Below, in pieces: positions 10,203 to 21,831 of a DNA stretch of 64,000 nt (within the stretch, counting starts at the first letter, position 1; each line of letters begins with the position of its first letter). The position numbers and the translations under genes were made by a program. The notes beneath the pieces are model-generated. The model ran no database searches. It saw nothing but the letters and a program-made list of their open reading frames with translations, and had not been told where the DNA came from. The stretch comes from an uncultured delta proteobacterium. Lineage in GTDB: Bacteria; Myxococcota_A; Polyangia; Haliangiales; Haliangiaceae. The stretch lies in contig CAWKDB010000010.1 of assembly GCA_963848295.1 (NCBI GenBank), positions 1,824,001 through 1,888,000 of the forward strand, written 5' to 3'.

Positions 10203-12878
10203 ATGACCACCGCCATGCCGACAGGCTTGCCGCGCGCGCTCGTCTTCATCGTGCTCGGGTCGTGCTCCGCGGGCCCGAAGCCCACGCCGGTCGCGCCTCC
10301 GGCCGCCGTAACTCGGCCGGTCAGCGCCGACGCCGCGACCCCTCAGCACCGGTGCCTGGCATCGGTGTGGCCGGAGTACAACCGAGACGCAGAGGACTGG
10401 CCCGAACCGGTGCCGGGCCCAGCCGACGCGGATGCAAACCCAGCCGACGTCGAGGAAGACAAACAGTACGCCGGCAAGTCGCGCGACGAGCTCGCGGCCG
10501 AAGCGAGCGCCGCGGTGCCGATCGGCGGCGTGTGCGATACCCGCCATCGCCCCGAGGTCGAGAGCGCCGTGCTCGCCGAGACCAAGCCGAGCCCCGCGCG
10601 CGCCGGTGCCGCGTGGAATCGCAGGTCGCCACCCGCGTATCGCGATGCGGTCCGCGGCGCGCTCGCCCTGACCGCCGCCGAGCAGGCCAAGCTCGCGCGG
10701 AATGGCTTCGTCGTCGCCGCTCGGCTCGGCTACGCGAACTACACCTCGGCGTTCTACGATATCCACCGCGCCCAGCTGCCGGTGTTCGTCAGCGCCGGTG
10801 CGATCCTGCACGCGGTCTACGCGTCGCACGATTTACTCGTCGCGAGCCTCGAGAAGGCGCAGCTCGTCGGGCGGCTCGACGCGGCGCTCGGCGCGATGGA
10901 GTGCGGGCTCGCCGCCGCGGCCGCCGATTATCCGCGCGATACGGTGCACGACCTCGACGTCTATCTCACCGTCGCGCGCAGCTTGCTGGTCAGCGCCGAC
11001 CAGGGCCTCGACGTCACGTCCGAGCTCGGCAACACCGACGAGGTCGAGGCGTTGGTCAAGCTCGTACGCGCCGGCGACGGCGTTCACGAGGTCGCGCTGT
11101 TCGGCCGCACGCGCAACCTCGACGCGAGCCAGTTCACGCCGCGCGGTCACTACACCGGTGAGCTCGCCGGCTACTTTCAAGCCGCGATGTGGCTGTCGCG
11201 CGTCGAGCTCAACCTGGTGTCGCGCGATTCGCGCAGCTCGCAGCCCGGGTACGTCCCCGACCCACGCGAGACCCCGCGCGAAGCGGTCGACGCGCTCGCG
11301 CTCGCGGATCTCGCGCGGCGCACCGGTGCGCTCGCCGACTTCGCGGCGCTCGATCGAGCGTGGGCCGCGCTCGCCGGCTCGCGGGTCGACGTCTCGCTCG
11401 CCGATCTCGTCGCGTTGCGCACGAAGGCCGGGATCACCGATCTGCGTCGCGCCGACACCTCGGTGCGCTTGCGCGATGCGATCGGCGATGGCTGGAAGCG
11501 CACGATCAACACGAGCCCGATGCCTGACGTCGCGAACCTACCGGTGATCGCGACGCCGATCGGTGCGCGGTTCACCGCCGACAACGGCGCGCTCGACGCG
11601 CTGATCACGCGGCGCGGCGACGTCCACGATGGCGTCGAGATCGGCTACGCGCTCGGTCACGACCGCGCGAAGGCGTATACCGATCCGCACATCGCGCGCG
11701 AGCTGGCCACGGCGCGTGACTCGTTGAGCCACGTGCCGGTCGGACCGGATCTTTATTCCAGCTGGCTCGCGGCGATCCGCACGCTCGCGATCAAGCCGGC
11801 CGGCGCGCTGCCGTCGTTCATGGATGGCTCGGCGTTCGCCGACCTCCGGCTCGACACCGCGCTCGTCGCATACGGCCAGCTCCGCCACGATCACGTGTTA
11901 ATCGAGGCGCAGGTCTATGACGTCGGCGGCTGCGAGATCCCCGACGGCTATGTCGAACCCGTGCCGGCGACGTATCGCGCGATCGCAGACCTCGCGGCGA
12001 AGGGTGCCGCCACGTTCGCCTCGCTCGATCCGAAGGATGCGAGCGGTGGCGTGAAGTACTTCGAGCGCCTCGAGCACCTCATGCAGGTGCTGGAGACCAT
12101 CTCGAATGACGAGCTCGCGAACCGGCCGCTGTCCGCGGATGAGAAGCGGTTCCTCGCGATGGTGGTCGAGGAGCGCGACGCCGATGCCTGGGACTACAAC
12201 CACCACTTTGCGGTCCCGACCTACGATGGCTGGTACATCGATCTGTTCCCGACGATCGAGGTCTCGACGCAGAGCGCGGCGTTCATGGCCGACTACGCGA
12301 CGGTCGATCGCAACGACCACCAGCTGATCCACTACCTCGGCGCGAAAGGGCCCGAGCTCGGCGTGTTCGTCGTCGACACCGGCGGCGGCCCGCGCATGAT
12401 GGTCGGCCCGGTGCCGCACGGGTTCGTCGCGACCGGTCCGTTGACGCATCGCTACACCGATGCCGACGCGACCACGGTCGCCGGCCGCGATCCCTGGGCC
12501 GCGAGCTACACCGTCGCCGCGCCGCGCGAGCCCGCGTTCGCCGCGACGTTGCAGCCGGAGACCGAGCACCGGGTGACGACGCGACGGCCCGTGCGCAGGG
12601 ACGGGCCGCCCGCCGTGCTCGTCCTCGACGCGACCGGCGACCTCGGCGACGCGACGGTCGAGCTCTACGATCACCACTTCGTCACCGCCGCCACGGTTCA
12701 CGTTCACGCCGGCGCCGGCGATACTACGATCGCGCTGCCGAAGCTCGCGACTCGGATCGAAGGCGCGCGAATCCGGATCGGCGACTTCGTCGGCCGGGTC
12801 GACGCGGATCGCTCCGGCAACGGCGACGCGAGGTTCGGCGGCTTCACGCCACGTGCGACCGCACCGCCGCAGCAATAG
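10203..12878 (+). CDS. DUF3160-like large lipoprotein
   Basis: Lipobox-like VLGSC; LARNGFVV, FTPRGHYT, YFQAAMWLSR, LYSSWL, QLRHDHVL, GYVEPVP recognised as DUF3160-type motifs. Confidence 0.75.
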   Translation: MTTAMPTGLPRALVFIVLGSCSAGPKPTPVAPPAAVTRPVSADAATPQHRCLASVWPEYNRDAEDWPEPVPGPADADANPADVEEDKQYAGKSRDELAAEASAAVPIGGVCDTRHRPEVESAVLAETKPSPARAGAAWNRRSPPAYRDAVRGALALTAAEQAKLARNGFVVAARLGYANYTSAFYDIHRAQLPVFVSAGAILHAVYASHDLLVASLEKAQLVGRLDAALGAMECGLAAAAADYPRDTVHDLDVYLTVARSLLVSADQGLDVTSELGNTDEVEALVKLVRAGDGVHEVALFGRTRNLDASQFTPRGHYTGELAGYFQAAMWLSRVELNLVSRDSRSSQPGYVPDPRETPREAVDALALADLARRTGALADFAALDRAWAALAGSRVDVSLADLVALRTKAGITDLRRADTSVRLRDAIGDGWKRTINTSPMPDVANLPVIATPIGARFTADNGALDALITRRGDVHDGVEIGYALGHDRAKAYTDPHIARELATARDSLSHVPVGPDLYSSWLAAIRTLAIKPAGALPSFMDGSAFADLRLDTALVAYGQLRHDHVLIEAQVYDVGGCEIPDGYVEPVPATYRAIADLAAKGAATFASLDPKDASGGVKYFERLEHLMQVLETISNDELANRPLSADEKRFLAMVVEERDADAWDYNHHFAVPTYDGWYIDLFPTIEVSTQSAAFMADYATVDRNDHQLIHYLGAKGPELGVFVVDTGGGPRMMVGPVPHGFVATGPLTHRYTDADATTVAGRDPWAASYTVAAPREPAFAATLQPETEHRVTTRRPVRRDGPPAVLVLDATGDLGDATVELYDHHFVTAATVHVHAGAGDTTIALPKLATRIEGARIRIGDFVGRVDADRSGNGDARFGGFTPRATAPPQQ

Positions 12879-13728
12879 CATCGGCGACGCAGATCTGGTT
12901 CGACGCGTGCGCGATCGTGTTGCACGTGACGATGCCCGCGGCACCCGCAGCGGCGAGCTCCGCTTGCAGCGCGTCGGCGAACACCGCGTGGATCGCGACG
13001 CACATCGGCGGTGCGCCGCCGGCGGCGACGACCTGGCGCGTCGCCTCGATCATCGTCTTGCCGGTCGACACGATGTCGTCGATCACGACCGGCGTGTGAC
13101 CGTTCCACGCGCCCGATGGTGGCGTGATCGAGACATCGCGATCGCCGCGCCGGGTCTTCTCGAGGATCACGTACGGCGCGCCACAAGCCGCCGCGACCGC
13201 CGAGACCCACTGCGCGCTCTCGGCGTCGGGTCCGATCAACACCGGCGACCGCACCGACGATTCGATCCACGATGCGATCGCCGAGGCCGCATGGGCGACC
13301 GCGGTGGGAATCGTGTACAGCTCGGCGAGCGACGCGTGGCGGTGCAGGTGCGGATCGACCGTGACGAGCCAATCGACCGCACGCGAGACGAGCTTCGCGA
13401 AGTATCCCGACGTCACGCCTTCGCCCGGCTTGAACCGATGGTCCTGGCGCATGAACGCCAGGTACGGAGCGACTAACCCGACGCGACGCGCACCGAGCTC
13501 GCGCGCGGTCTCGGCGATGAAAGCGACGCGCATGAACTGCTCCGCCGGCCGCGGATACAGGCTCGCGACGATCGCGACCGATTCGCTCGAGAGATCGTCA
13601 TCGATCCGGACGTAGATCTCGCCGTCGGGAAACTCGCGCAGCTCCGGTCGCACGAGCCGCGCCCCCACTCGCGTCGCGAGCTTGTCGGCATGGTCTTCGC
13701 TGCCCGGCAGCGCGACGACGATCGTCAC
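12844..13728 (-). CDS. prs: Ribose-phosphate pyrophosphokinase
   Basis: FPDGEIYVRI, APYLAFMRQD, TVDPHLH, IGPDAES, VIDDIVSTGKT. Confidence 0.9.
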   Translation of the reverse strand: MTIVVALPGSEDHADKLATRVGARLVRPELREFPDGEIYVRIDDDLSSESVAIVASLYPRPAEQFMRVAFIAETARELGARRVGLVAPYLAFMRQDHRFKPGEGVTSGYFAKLVSRAVDWLVTVDPHLHRHASLAELYTIPTAVAHAASAIASWIESSVRSPVLIGPDAESAQWVSAVAAACGAPYVILEKTRRGDRDVSITPPSGAWNGHTPVVIDDIVSTGKTMIEATRQVVAAGGAPPMCVAIHAVFADALQAELAAAGAAGIVTCNTIAHASNQICVADAIAAAVRSHVA

Positions 13729-13740
13729 GCTCTCAAGCTA

Positions 13741-14739
13741 TCAGATCGCTTTGAGCGGCGTGAGATGCAGCAACACCGGAATCACCTTGCCGCTCGTCAC
13801 GATCGCCATGTGCTCGTACTGCGACCGCACGTACAGCAGCCTGGCGCCGCGCTCGCGCTTCGTAAAGCCGCTCGCGGTCGCCGGCATGCCCTCGCGTGCG
13901 ACCGCGAACTTGTACTTCTTCGCGAACCCCGCCGACTCCTGCGCGGTGCTCGCACCGACGACGATCAGCTTGTGCTCGTCGGCGTGCTTGCCGGATCCGA
14001 TGTACTCGTCGAACGCGGACTCGCCGGCGTACATCGCATCGAGCAAGATGATCTGCTCGACGAGCCGGTGGTCGACCCATTGCATCACGGTGCGGAACGC
14101 GCCGGAGTGGCCCATCACGATCGTCGGCCCGTCGGGGATTTTCAAATTAGCGCGAGCGACCGCGTGGCGTAGCTCTTTGAGCGCGGGCCAGTTGACGCTG
14201 TCGTCGTTGCCCGCGGGTGCGTCGGGCACGATGAACATCGCGTTCTGATGGCTGGCGCGAAACTGCTTCGCGAGCTGGTGATCGCGCCACGCGCCATCGG
14301 CGTCGGTGTAGTAACCGTGGACGTAGATCACGGTGCCGGCGGTATCGCGATCGTAACCGTCCGGGATCCACACGTGGACCGCGCCCTCGGACGTCTTGAT
14401 CCGCCAGTGCGTGCCGCCCGCGACCGTGTCTTCGCGCTTGGCGAGCCTCGACTCGCCATCGTCTTTCGGCGCGCGATGTTCGACGTGCGTGCGCGGCGAC
14501 TGCGTGGTCATCCGAGCCGCTTTGCCCGGCGGCGCGACCGGCGCCGGTGCGGGATCGTCGGCAGCGGGCGGGGCGTTCTCGCCCGGCGTGCCCGGCGCGT
14601 CATCCGCGGTCGACACCGACGTCTTGGGAGGAGGCGACGGCGGCGCCGAATCGTCGCTGGTCGCCGGGGTCGCGGCCGGTTGGTCGGCGAACGCGGGGGC
14701 AGAGACGAGCAGCGCGACGAGGACCGCGAGTGATTTCAT
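13741..14739 (-). CDS. Secreted alpha/beta-hydrolase-like protein with a Pro/Ala-rich linker
   Basis: Signal peptide MKSLAVLVALLVSAPAFA; IYVHGY, GHSGA, LLDAMY, C-terminal EHM. Confidence 0.7.
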   Translation of the reverse strand: MKSLAVLVALLVSAPAFADQPAATPATSDDSAPPSPPPKTSVSTADDAPGTPGENAPPAADDPAPAPVAPPGKAARMTTQSPRTHVEHRAPKDDGESRLAKREDTVAGGTHWRIKTSEGAVHVWIPDGYDRDTAGTVIYVHGYYTDADGAWRDHQLAKQFRASHQNAMFIVPDAPAGNDDSVNWPALKELRHAVARANLKIPDGPTIVMGHSGAFRTVMQWVDHRLVEQIILLDAMYAGESAFDEYIGSGKHADEHKLIVVGASTAQESAGFAKKYKFAVAREGMPATASGFTKRERGARLLYVRSQYEHMAIVTSGKVIPVLLHLTPLKAI

Positions 14740-15914
14740 TTCGGATCCTTTGGCGCCGTGATCATCAGGTGCACGGCTTTCTCGGAGTCTGGGTAGCCGA
14801 AGCGGAACATCAGCTTGCGGTGCGGCTGGGACGCCCACAGCTTGACCATCTCGTCGCTGACATCCTTGTTCGCCTCGTCGAGGAACGCGCCCGCGAACGA
14901 GCCGAACGTGGTCTGCTTGAAGCCGGCCTTCCTCGCCGAGTGCGGCGCGATGCCGGTCGAGTCCGATGCCATCCACGTCATGTTCGCCAACAAATAATCG
15001 CGGATTCCGGAGAACCCCGAGTCCCAGATCAGATAGCTCGCGGCCTTCGTGATCGCCGCGACCTTGCCCTTGGCGAGCAAGTACTTCTCGAGGCCCGAGC
15101 CCTTGAACGCCTTGTCGGCGAGGTTCCACGCGATGTGGCGATGCGTGACGAGCGGCGCGGTGGGGTCGCCGGCCTTGCGGAACGTCAGCTCCATGTTCGT
15201 GAACGCCGTCGAAAAGTCGGTGTCGACCCAGCCCGACTTGATCTTGCGCGCCTTCTTCGGGGCGAGCTCGTCGATCTCGGCCTGCGTGAAGTAATGCAGC
15301 GTGCCGTCGTCGTTGACCGAGAAGAACTTCAGCGACACCGGTTCGAAGCCGAGCGCGGTCATGCCGGTGATGTGAAACGACAGCTGCCCGGGGATGCCGC
15401 CGCGTTCGAGCTTGCGCATGTTCTCGGTCGTCGAGTCGTTGAGCGCGAGCAGGCCATCGATCCGCTCGCGATACTCGGCGAGCGCCGAGCGGAGCCCGTT
15501 CTTGTCGAGGGTCGCGAGTCGCGTGGGGTCGCCCGCGTGCTCGAGCGAGATCGTCGTGATGTCGCGCGCGTCGGGGAACGTGACGAGCGCCGAGCCCAGG
15601 TCGCCGCCGCCGAACGGATAGACGATCGTCGTCGGAACGTTCGCGGGCCGCACGGTCGCGAAGAACGCCCGCGCCGGCGTCACGTACTTATCGGTGAAGT
15701 GCTGGTAGCGCTTCGCCATCTCCGCGCAGTGCTTGTCGACGAGCGCGGCATCGACGTTCGCCGGCAACGCGTCGCTGCCCCCGCACGCGACGATGCGATA
15801 GAACAGCTTCGCGTCGCTGATAAAGTCGCGTGGTTCGTCGGCGCGCGCGCTGCTCGCGGTCGAGAGCGCGATCACGGCGGCGAGCGAGGCGAGCATGCGA
15901 CTACGATTAGACAT
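14736..15914 (-). CDS. Secreted hypothetical protein
   Basis: Signal peptide ending ARA-D, protein-like composition, ATGA overlap with the downstream gene. Confidence 0.75.
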   Translation of the reverse strand: MSNRSRMLASLAAVIALSTASSARADEPRDFISDAKLFYRIVACGGSDALPANVDAALVDKHCAEMAKRYQHFTDKYVTPARAFFATVRPANVPTTIVYPFGGGDLGSALVTFPDARDITTISLEHAGDPTRLATLDKNGLRSALAEYRERIDGLLALNDSTTENMRKLERGGIPGQLSFHITGMTALGFEPVSLKFFSVNDDGTLHYFTQAEIDELAPKKARKIKSGWVDTDFSTAFTNMELTFRKAGDPTAPLVTHRHIAWNLADKAFKGSGLEKYLLAKGKVAAITKAASYLIWDSGFSGIRDYLLANMTWMASDSTGIAPHSARKAGFKQTTFGSFAGAFLDEANKDVSDEMVKLWASQPHRKLMFRFGYPDSEKAVHLMITAPKDPK

Positions 15915-15938
15915 ACGGCGGCTCGCTCCCCTGCGCCA

Positions 15939-16505
15939 TTAATTGACGTCGTGGCGCGGGTCGCGAGTGTCGCGGGCGCTACGGACGCCGGGCTTCGGTC
16001 CGACGAGGCTGTGCAAGATGGCCTTGGCGACCTGTTCGCCGGATTCGTCGCGCAGGGTGACCGGGACATCGAGCGTGGCCCGCGCCGAGGTCCGCGGCAC
16101 CGGGGGCTCGCCGATCGCGATGATCTTGCCGCGCGCCTTCTTCGTGTACTCGATCTCCATCCCGCTGACGATGAACCGAGCGTCGTCGGGCAACGAGTAG
16201 AACAACGCGACGTTGCCCGCGAGCTCGGCGAGGTTCGCGAGCGCGATCGCGTGGACGCAGTCGAGGTGATTGCGCACCGACCGGCGGTCGGCCATGTGGA
16301 CCTCGGAGTAGCCCGGCCGCAGCACGGCGACTTGAGCGTGGATCGTGCCGGTGTACGGCGCCATCCGGCCGACGATCGCGGAGAACAGCGCCTTGCCACC
16401 GGGCACGCCGCGCAACAGGTTCCATGCGTCGCGGATCAGGTTGCGCCCGCCGCGCCCGGACGGGATCAGCTTGGCGAGCGGCCCTAGGCGGTCGGCAAAC
16501 GGCAT
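15939..16505 (-). CDS. Hotdog-fold thioesterase (DUF4442/PaaI-like)
   Basis: APYTGTI, VRNHLDCVHAIALANLAE, IEYTKKARG. Confidence 0.85.
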   Translation of the reverse strand: MPFADRLGPLAKLIPSGRGGRNLIRDAWNLLRGVPGGKALFSAIVGRMAPYTGTIHAQVAVLRPGYSEVHMADRRSVRNHLDCVHAIALANLAELAGNVALFYSLPDDARFIVSGMEIEYTKKARGKIIAIGEPPVPRTSARATLDVPVTLRDESGEQVAKAILHSLVGPKPGVRSARDTRDPRHDVN

Positions 16506-16589
16506 CGCCGGACCATACCGGAAAGCCCCATCGATCCGGACCGTTTTCATGCGTTCCGCGCAGCCCCATGCATACTCGGTAAGGGTAGG

Positions 16590-17240
16590 ATGATCGGGCT
16601 CATGTCGACCACGACTCGCCTCGCGTGCCTGCTCGTCGCGCTCTCGCTGGGAGCGTGCGGGCCCGCGAGCACCCACGAGCTCACGCTCGCCGAAGTCATC
16701 GCCTCCGATCCGCTCCCACTCGCGAAGGGTGCGAAGTGGACGTACGAAGTCACGGTCAAGCGCTTCGACCCCGACGCTAACAAAGAGCTCACCAAGACCC
16801 TGTCGTGGACAACCGAGGTCGTCGACGCGCGCGAAGCCAACGGCGTGACCGCGTATCGCGTCCGCGGTTGGCCGAGCGATCTCGCGTCACTGGAGTCGGG
16901 CGACGCGCTGCCGACCCCGAGCGAGAAGACCGTGCTGCGATCGGGCAACAGCTTCTTGTTCGGCGCGACTGCGGATCCGACGCTCGACGGCTCGGAAGGT
17001 TGGTTCACGTGGCCGCTGATGGACGGACAGAAGATCTGCCCGCGCGCCGACATGGTGTACTGCTGGCAGGTAACCGCCGCCGACAAGGGCGGTGACTATG
17101 CGCTGTCGTTCTTCACCGGGCCTGACGAGCAGACCTTCGAGCTCCAACCGAACACCGGGATCGCGCGTTATCACTACGCGCACCACGGCACGACCAACGA
17201 GGTCGAGGCCAAGCTCGTGACGTACACCAAGGGCAAGTAG
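16590..17240 (+). CDS. Putative lipoprotein (start may be 16602)
   Basis: LVALSLGAC lipobox; PLAKGAKWTY motif. Confidence 0.7.
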   Translation: MIGLMSTTTRLACLLVALSLGACGPASTHELTLAEVIASDPLPLAKGAKWTYEVTVKRFDPDANKELTKTLSWTTEVVDAREANGVTAYRVRGWPSDLASLESGDALPTPSEKTVLRSGNSFLFGATADPTLDGSEGWFTWPLMDGQKICPRADMVYCWQVTAADKGGDYALSFFTGPDEQTFELQPNTGIARYHYAHHGTTNEVEAKLVTYTKGK

Positions 17241-17250
17241 CCCGCGCCCG

Positions 17251-17853
17251 CTAGTCAGGGATCGGCTCGCCGCGCACGGCGCGCAGCGGGACGATGCCCG
17301 ACCAGTGCGGTAGCAGCGCGTCTTCCGGCGTGTCCGCGATCGGCGGACCGCTACGGACCTTCGCAGACGCTTCCGCGATCGGAAATGCGATGACCAGCGT
17401 CGCCGACAGCTCGGTCGGATTCGGTAACCGACACGCTGCCGAGCGGCCGGGCTCGAGCTTCTCGATCAGCGCGGCGAGCACGCGCGCTTTCATGGGATGC
17501 GCCTCGACGGTCGCGCCGCGGCCGAACAGGACCACCGAGCGGTAGTTCATCGAGTGATGAAATGCGGTGCGCGCGAGCACGAGCGCGTCGACGAGCGTGA
17601 CCGCGACGCACGCTTCGACGTTCGCGCCGACCGCGCGCAGCAGGTGATTCGCGGGCGAGCCGTGGATGTAGATCTGATCGTCGACCCGGACGAACGTCGT
17701 CGGCAGCACGACCGGGCCATGCTCGGACCCGAACGCGACGTGGCAGACCAGAGCCTCATCGAGGATCGCGTAGACGAGGGCGCGATCGTACGAACCGCGT
17801 GCCGGCTTGCGACGAACGCGCGTGCGATCGGTAACGGAGAGTGATTCGGACAT
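17251..17853 (-). CDS. Pyridoxamine 5'-phosphate oxidase-like (NimA-type) flavin-binding protein
   Basis: RGSYDR, ILDEALVCHVAF, IYIHGS, AFHHSMNYRSVV, SAKVRSGPP. Confidence 0.9.
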   Translation of the reverse strand: MSESLSVTDRTRVRRKPARGSYDRALVYAILDEALVCHVAFGSEHGPVVLPTTFVRVDDQIYIHGSPANHLLRAVGANVEACVAVTLVDALVLARTAFHHSMNYRSVVLFGRGATVEAHPMKARVLAALIEKLEPGRSAACRLPNPTELSATLVIAFPIAEASAKVRSGPPIADTPEDALLPHWSGIVPLRAVRGEPIPD

Positions 17854-17874
17854 GCGCTCACGCTAGCGATTGCT

Positions 17875-17918
17875 CGGACTATCTCATAGGTCCATAATAG
17901 GTATTCTATGTGGTCCAT
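17875..17918. promoter_or_regulatory. Putative MocR operator: GGTCCAT direct repeat plus an inverted GGAC half-site
   Basis: GGTCCAT at 17889-17895 and 17912-17918 (23-bp period); CGGACT at 17875-17880; AT-rich divergent intergenic region. Confidence 0.55.
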
Positions 17919-19353
17919 CGAGGACGCGCTGCCACGGCGCCGCCGGGGCGTCGGCGGCGAGGCGATGTACGCGCGGATCGCGCTCGCGATCGTCGGCGAT
18001 ATCAAGCGCGGCTCGTTGCGGCCCGGCGATCGGCTGCCGAGCACGCGCGATGTCGCCCGCCGGTTCTCGGTCAATCGCAACACGATCGTCGCCGCGTACG
18101 ACGAGCTCGTCGCGCAAGGCTGGGTCGCATCGCGCGGCCAAGCCGGATCGTACGTCGCCGACACGCTGCCCGATCCGAGGCCGCAGCGCAGTCCGACCGC
18201 GGGCATGGTGGCGCGCCCGAGCTTTGCGTTCCGAGCGATCGCGCCATCGCGCACCGTGCTCGATGCCACCGGCATTCGCTATCACTTGTCGGCCGGCGTG
18301 CCCGACACCCGAATCCTACCGACCGCCGCGCTCGCGCGTGCCTATCGCCGCGTGTTGCGGTCGCGCGGTGCCGGGTCCGCGCTCGACTACGGGGATTCGC
18401 GCGGCATGGTGCGGTTGCGCACGGCGCTCGCGGCGATGGTCCGCGAAGATCGCGCGATTCCCGCCGGCGCCGAGAACATCCTCGTCACGAACGGCAGCCA
18501 GAACGCACTCGATCTCGTCGCGCGGTTGCTCGTCAAGCCGGGCGCGATCGCGGCGGTCGAACGGCTCGGCTACCGCCCGGCGTGGCGCGCGTTCGAAGAA
18601 GCGGGCGCGACGCTCGCGCCGATCGCGCTCGACCGTGAAGGCTTGATCGTCGACTCGATCCCGGCGCGCACGACCTGCCTCTATGCGACGCCACATCATC
18701 AGTACCCGACGACCGTCTTGCTCTCCGCGGTGCGCCGGCTCGCGCTGCTCGCGCGCGCACGCGCCGACGGGCTCGCGATCATCGAAGACGACTACGATCA
18801 CGAATTTCACTTCGTCGGCCGCCCGGTCGCACCGCTCGCCGCGATGGACCAGGGCCGCAACGTCATCTACATCGGCACGCTGTCGAAGATCCTCGCGCCC
18901 GGCTTGCGCTTGGGGTTCATCGTCGCATCGGAGCGCGTGATCGACGAGCTCGCGCGGCTGCGCACCGTCGCAGATCGCCACGGCAATCACGTGACCGAGC
19001 TCGCGATCGCCGAGCTGATCGAAGACGGCGAGCTCCAACGTCACGCGCGCAAGATGCGGCGGATCTACGGCGCTCGGCGCGATGTGCTCCTCGCCGCGCT
19101 CGATCGCGAGCTCGGGGGCGCGGTCGAGTGCGAGCCGCCACCGGGTGGGCTGTCGCTGTGGGTGCGCGTCGCAGACGACATCGCCGTCGACGCGTGGTGC
19201 CGACGCGCGGCGGCTCGTGGTGTGCACGTCACACCGGCGCGCGAGCTCGACCTCGAAGCCAAGTCACATCCGTTCATCCGGCTGACCTACGGTGCCTACG
19301 ACGAACCCGAGCTCGTCGACGCCGTGCGCCGCATGCGCGCCGCGCTCACCTGA
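17908..19353 (+). CDS. MocR/GabR-family regulator (GntR wHTH plus PLP aminotransferase domain)
   Basis: [56 protein letters not shown]. Confidence 0.93.
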   Translation: MWSIEDALPRRRRGVGGEAMYARIALAIVGDIKRGSLRPGDRLPSTRDVARRFSVNRNTIVAAYDELVAQGWVASRGQAGSYVADTLPDPRPQRSPTAGMVARPSFAFRAIAPSRTVLDATGIRYHLSAGVPDTRILPTAALARAYRRVLRSRGAGSALDYGDSRGMVRLRTALAAMVREDRAIPAGAENILVTNGSQNALDLVARLLVKPGAIAAVERLGYRPAWRAFEEAGATLAPIALDREGLIVDSIPARTTCLYATPHHQYPTTVLLSAVRRLALLARARADGLAIIEDDYDHEFHFVGRPVAPLAAMDQGRNVIYIGTLSKILAPGLRLGFIVASERVIDELARLRTVADRHGNHVTELAIAELIEDGELQRHARKMRRIYGARRDVLLAALDRELGGAVECEPPPGGLSLWVRVADDIAVDAWCRRAAARGVHVTPARELDLEAKSHPFIRLTYGAYDEPELVDAVRRMRAALT

Positions 19354-19388
19354 CCGAACTGGCAGGCTGGATCTGCCTCTCCAGCGCG

Positions 19389-19417
19389 TTGCACGGTTCG
19401 CGTTGCGCTCGTAGAGT
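19389..19417 (+). promoter_or_regulatory. sigma70-type promoter of clpP
   Basis: TTGCAC-N17-TAGAGT, 8 nt upstream of ATG 19426. Confidence 0.6.
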
Positions 19418-19425
19418 CGATAGCA

Positions 19426-20058
19426 ATGAAGCCCGCCGAGATGAGCTATCTGATCCCGACCGTGATCGAGCAAACCCACCGCGGCGAGCGCGGCTGGGAC
19501 ATCTTCTCGCGCCTGCTCAAGGACCGCATCGTGTTCCTCGGCACGCAGATCGACGACACGGTCGCGAACGTGATCATCGCGCAGCTGTTGTTCCTCGACT
19601 CCGAAGAGCCCGAGAAGGACATCATGCTGTACATCAACTCGCCCGGCGGCATCGTGTCGTCGGGGTTGGCGATCTACGATACGATGCAATACCTGCACTG
19701 CGACGTCGCGACGATCTGCATCGGCCAAGCCGCATCGATGGGTAGCTTCCTGCTCGCCGCCGGCACGAAGGGCAAGCGCTACGCCCTGCCCCACGCGCGG
19801 GTCATGATCCACCAGCCGCTCGCCGGGTTTCAGGGCCAAGCGACCGACATCGAGATCCACGCCCGCGAGATCTTGCAGACCCGCGAGACGCTCAACCAGA
19901 TCTACGCGAAGCACACCGGGCAATCGATGGAGAAGATCAAGCACGACACCGAGCGCGACAACTTCATGTCGGCGGCGAGCGCAAAAGAGTACGGCCTGAT
20001 CGACGAGGTCTTGATCACGGCGAAGAAGAAGCCCGACGACAAGTCCGAGAAGAAGTAG
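19426..20058 (+). CDS. clpP: ATP-dependent Clp protease proteolytic subunit
   Basis: [38 protein letters not shown]. Confidence 0.97.
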   Translation: MKPAEMSYLIPTVIEQTHRGERGWDIFSRLLKDRIVFLGTQIDDTVANVIIAQLLFLDSEEPEKDIMLYINSPGGIVSSGLAIYDTMQYLHCDVATICIGQAASMGSFLLAAGTKGKRYALPHARVMIHQPLAGFQGQATDIEIHAREILQTRETLNQIYAKHTGQSMEKIKHDTERDNFMSAASAKEYGLIDEVLITAKKKPDDKSEKK

Positions 20059-20103
20059 CGTCACTCCCCCGGCGAGCGGATCTGCGCTAGGCTTTGGGCA
20101 GTA

Positions 20104-21366
<1,263 letters not shown>

Positions 21367-21474
21367 GGCCGATCGATCGATCGGAGTCCGCAAGGCCCTC
21401 CGGTACGGAGGCGTGACTTGGGTCACGATCGCCGCGGTTGTCGGCGCACGGTCGCTCGGGCTAGGCTAGACGCC

Positions 21475-21822
21475 ATGGAGTGGCGACGGCGTTTGGTCGA
21501 GCTGGTCAAGGCGGGCGGCGTGATTGGCGGCCTATCCGCCTGCGGTGTCGTTGGTGGCATTCCGTGCGGGAATGCCAACCCGGACCCGTGCATCTGCGGC
21601 CGCACACCGGCCGACGACCCGCAGTGCGTCGCCGAGAAAATGTGCAAGGACAGTGGCGACTACTGGGCATTCGACGACATGCCCAACGGCTCCGACGGTC
21701 TCAGGGGCCGCTGCGAAAGCTCTCTACCCGACGCTGCGATCGATGCGCGACCGGATGCGGAGGCGATCGACGCCGCCATCGATGCCACCATTCCTGACGC
21801 TGTCGGCTCGACCGCTCACTGA
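21475..21822 (+). CDS. Small Cys-rich lipoprotein with a DA-repeat tail
   Basis: MEWRRRLVELVKAGGVIGGLSAC; six further Cys; DAAIDARPDAEAIDAAIDA tail; TAGGCT -10 box 7 nt upstream. Confidence 0.65.
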   Translation: MEWRRRLVELVKAGGVIGGLSACGVVGGIPCGNANPDPCICGRTPADDPQCVAEKMCKDSGDYWAFDDMPNGSDGLRGRCESSLPDAAIDARPDAEAIDAAIDATIPDAVGSTAH

Positions 21823-21831
21823 GCTCGGCCG

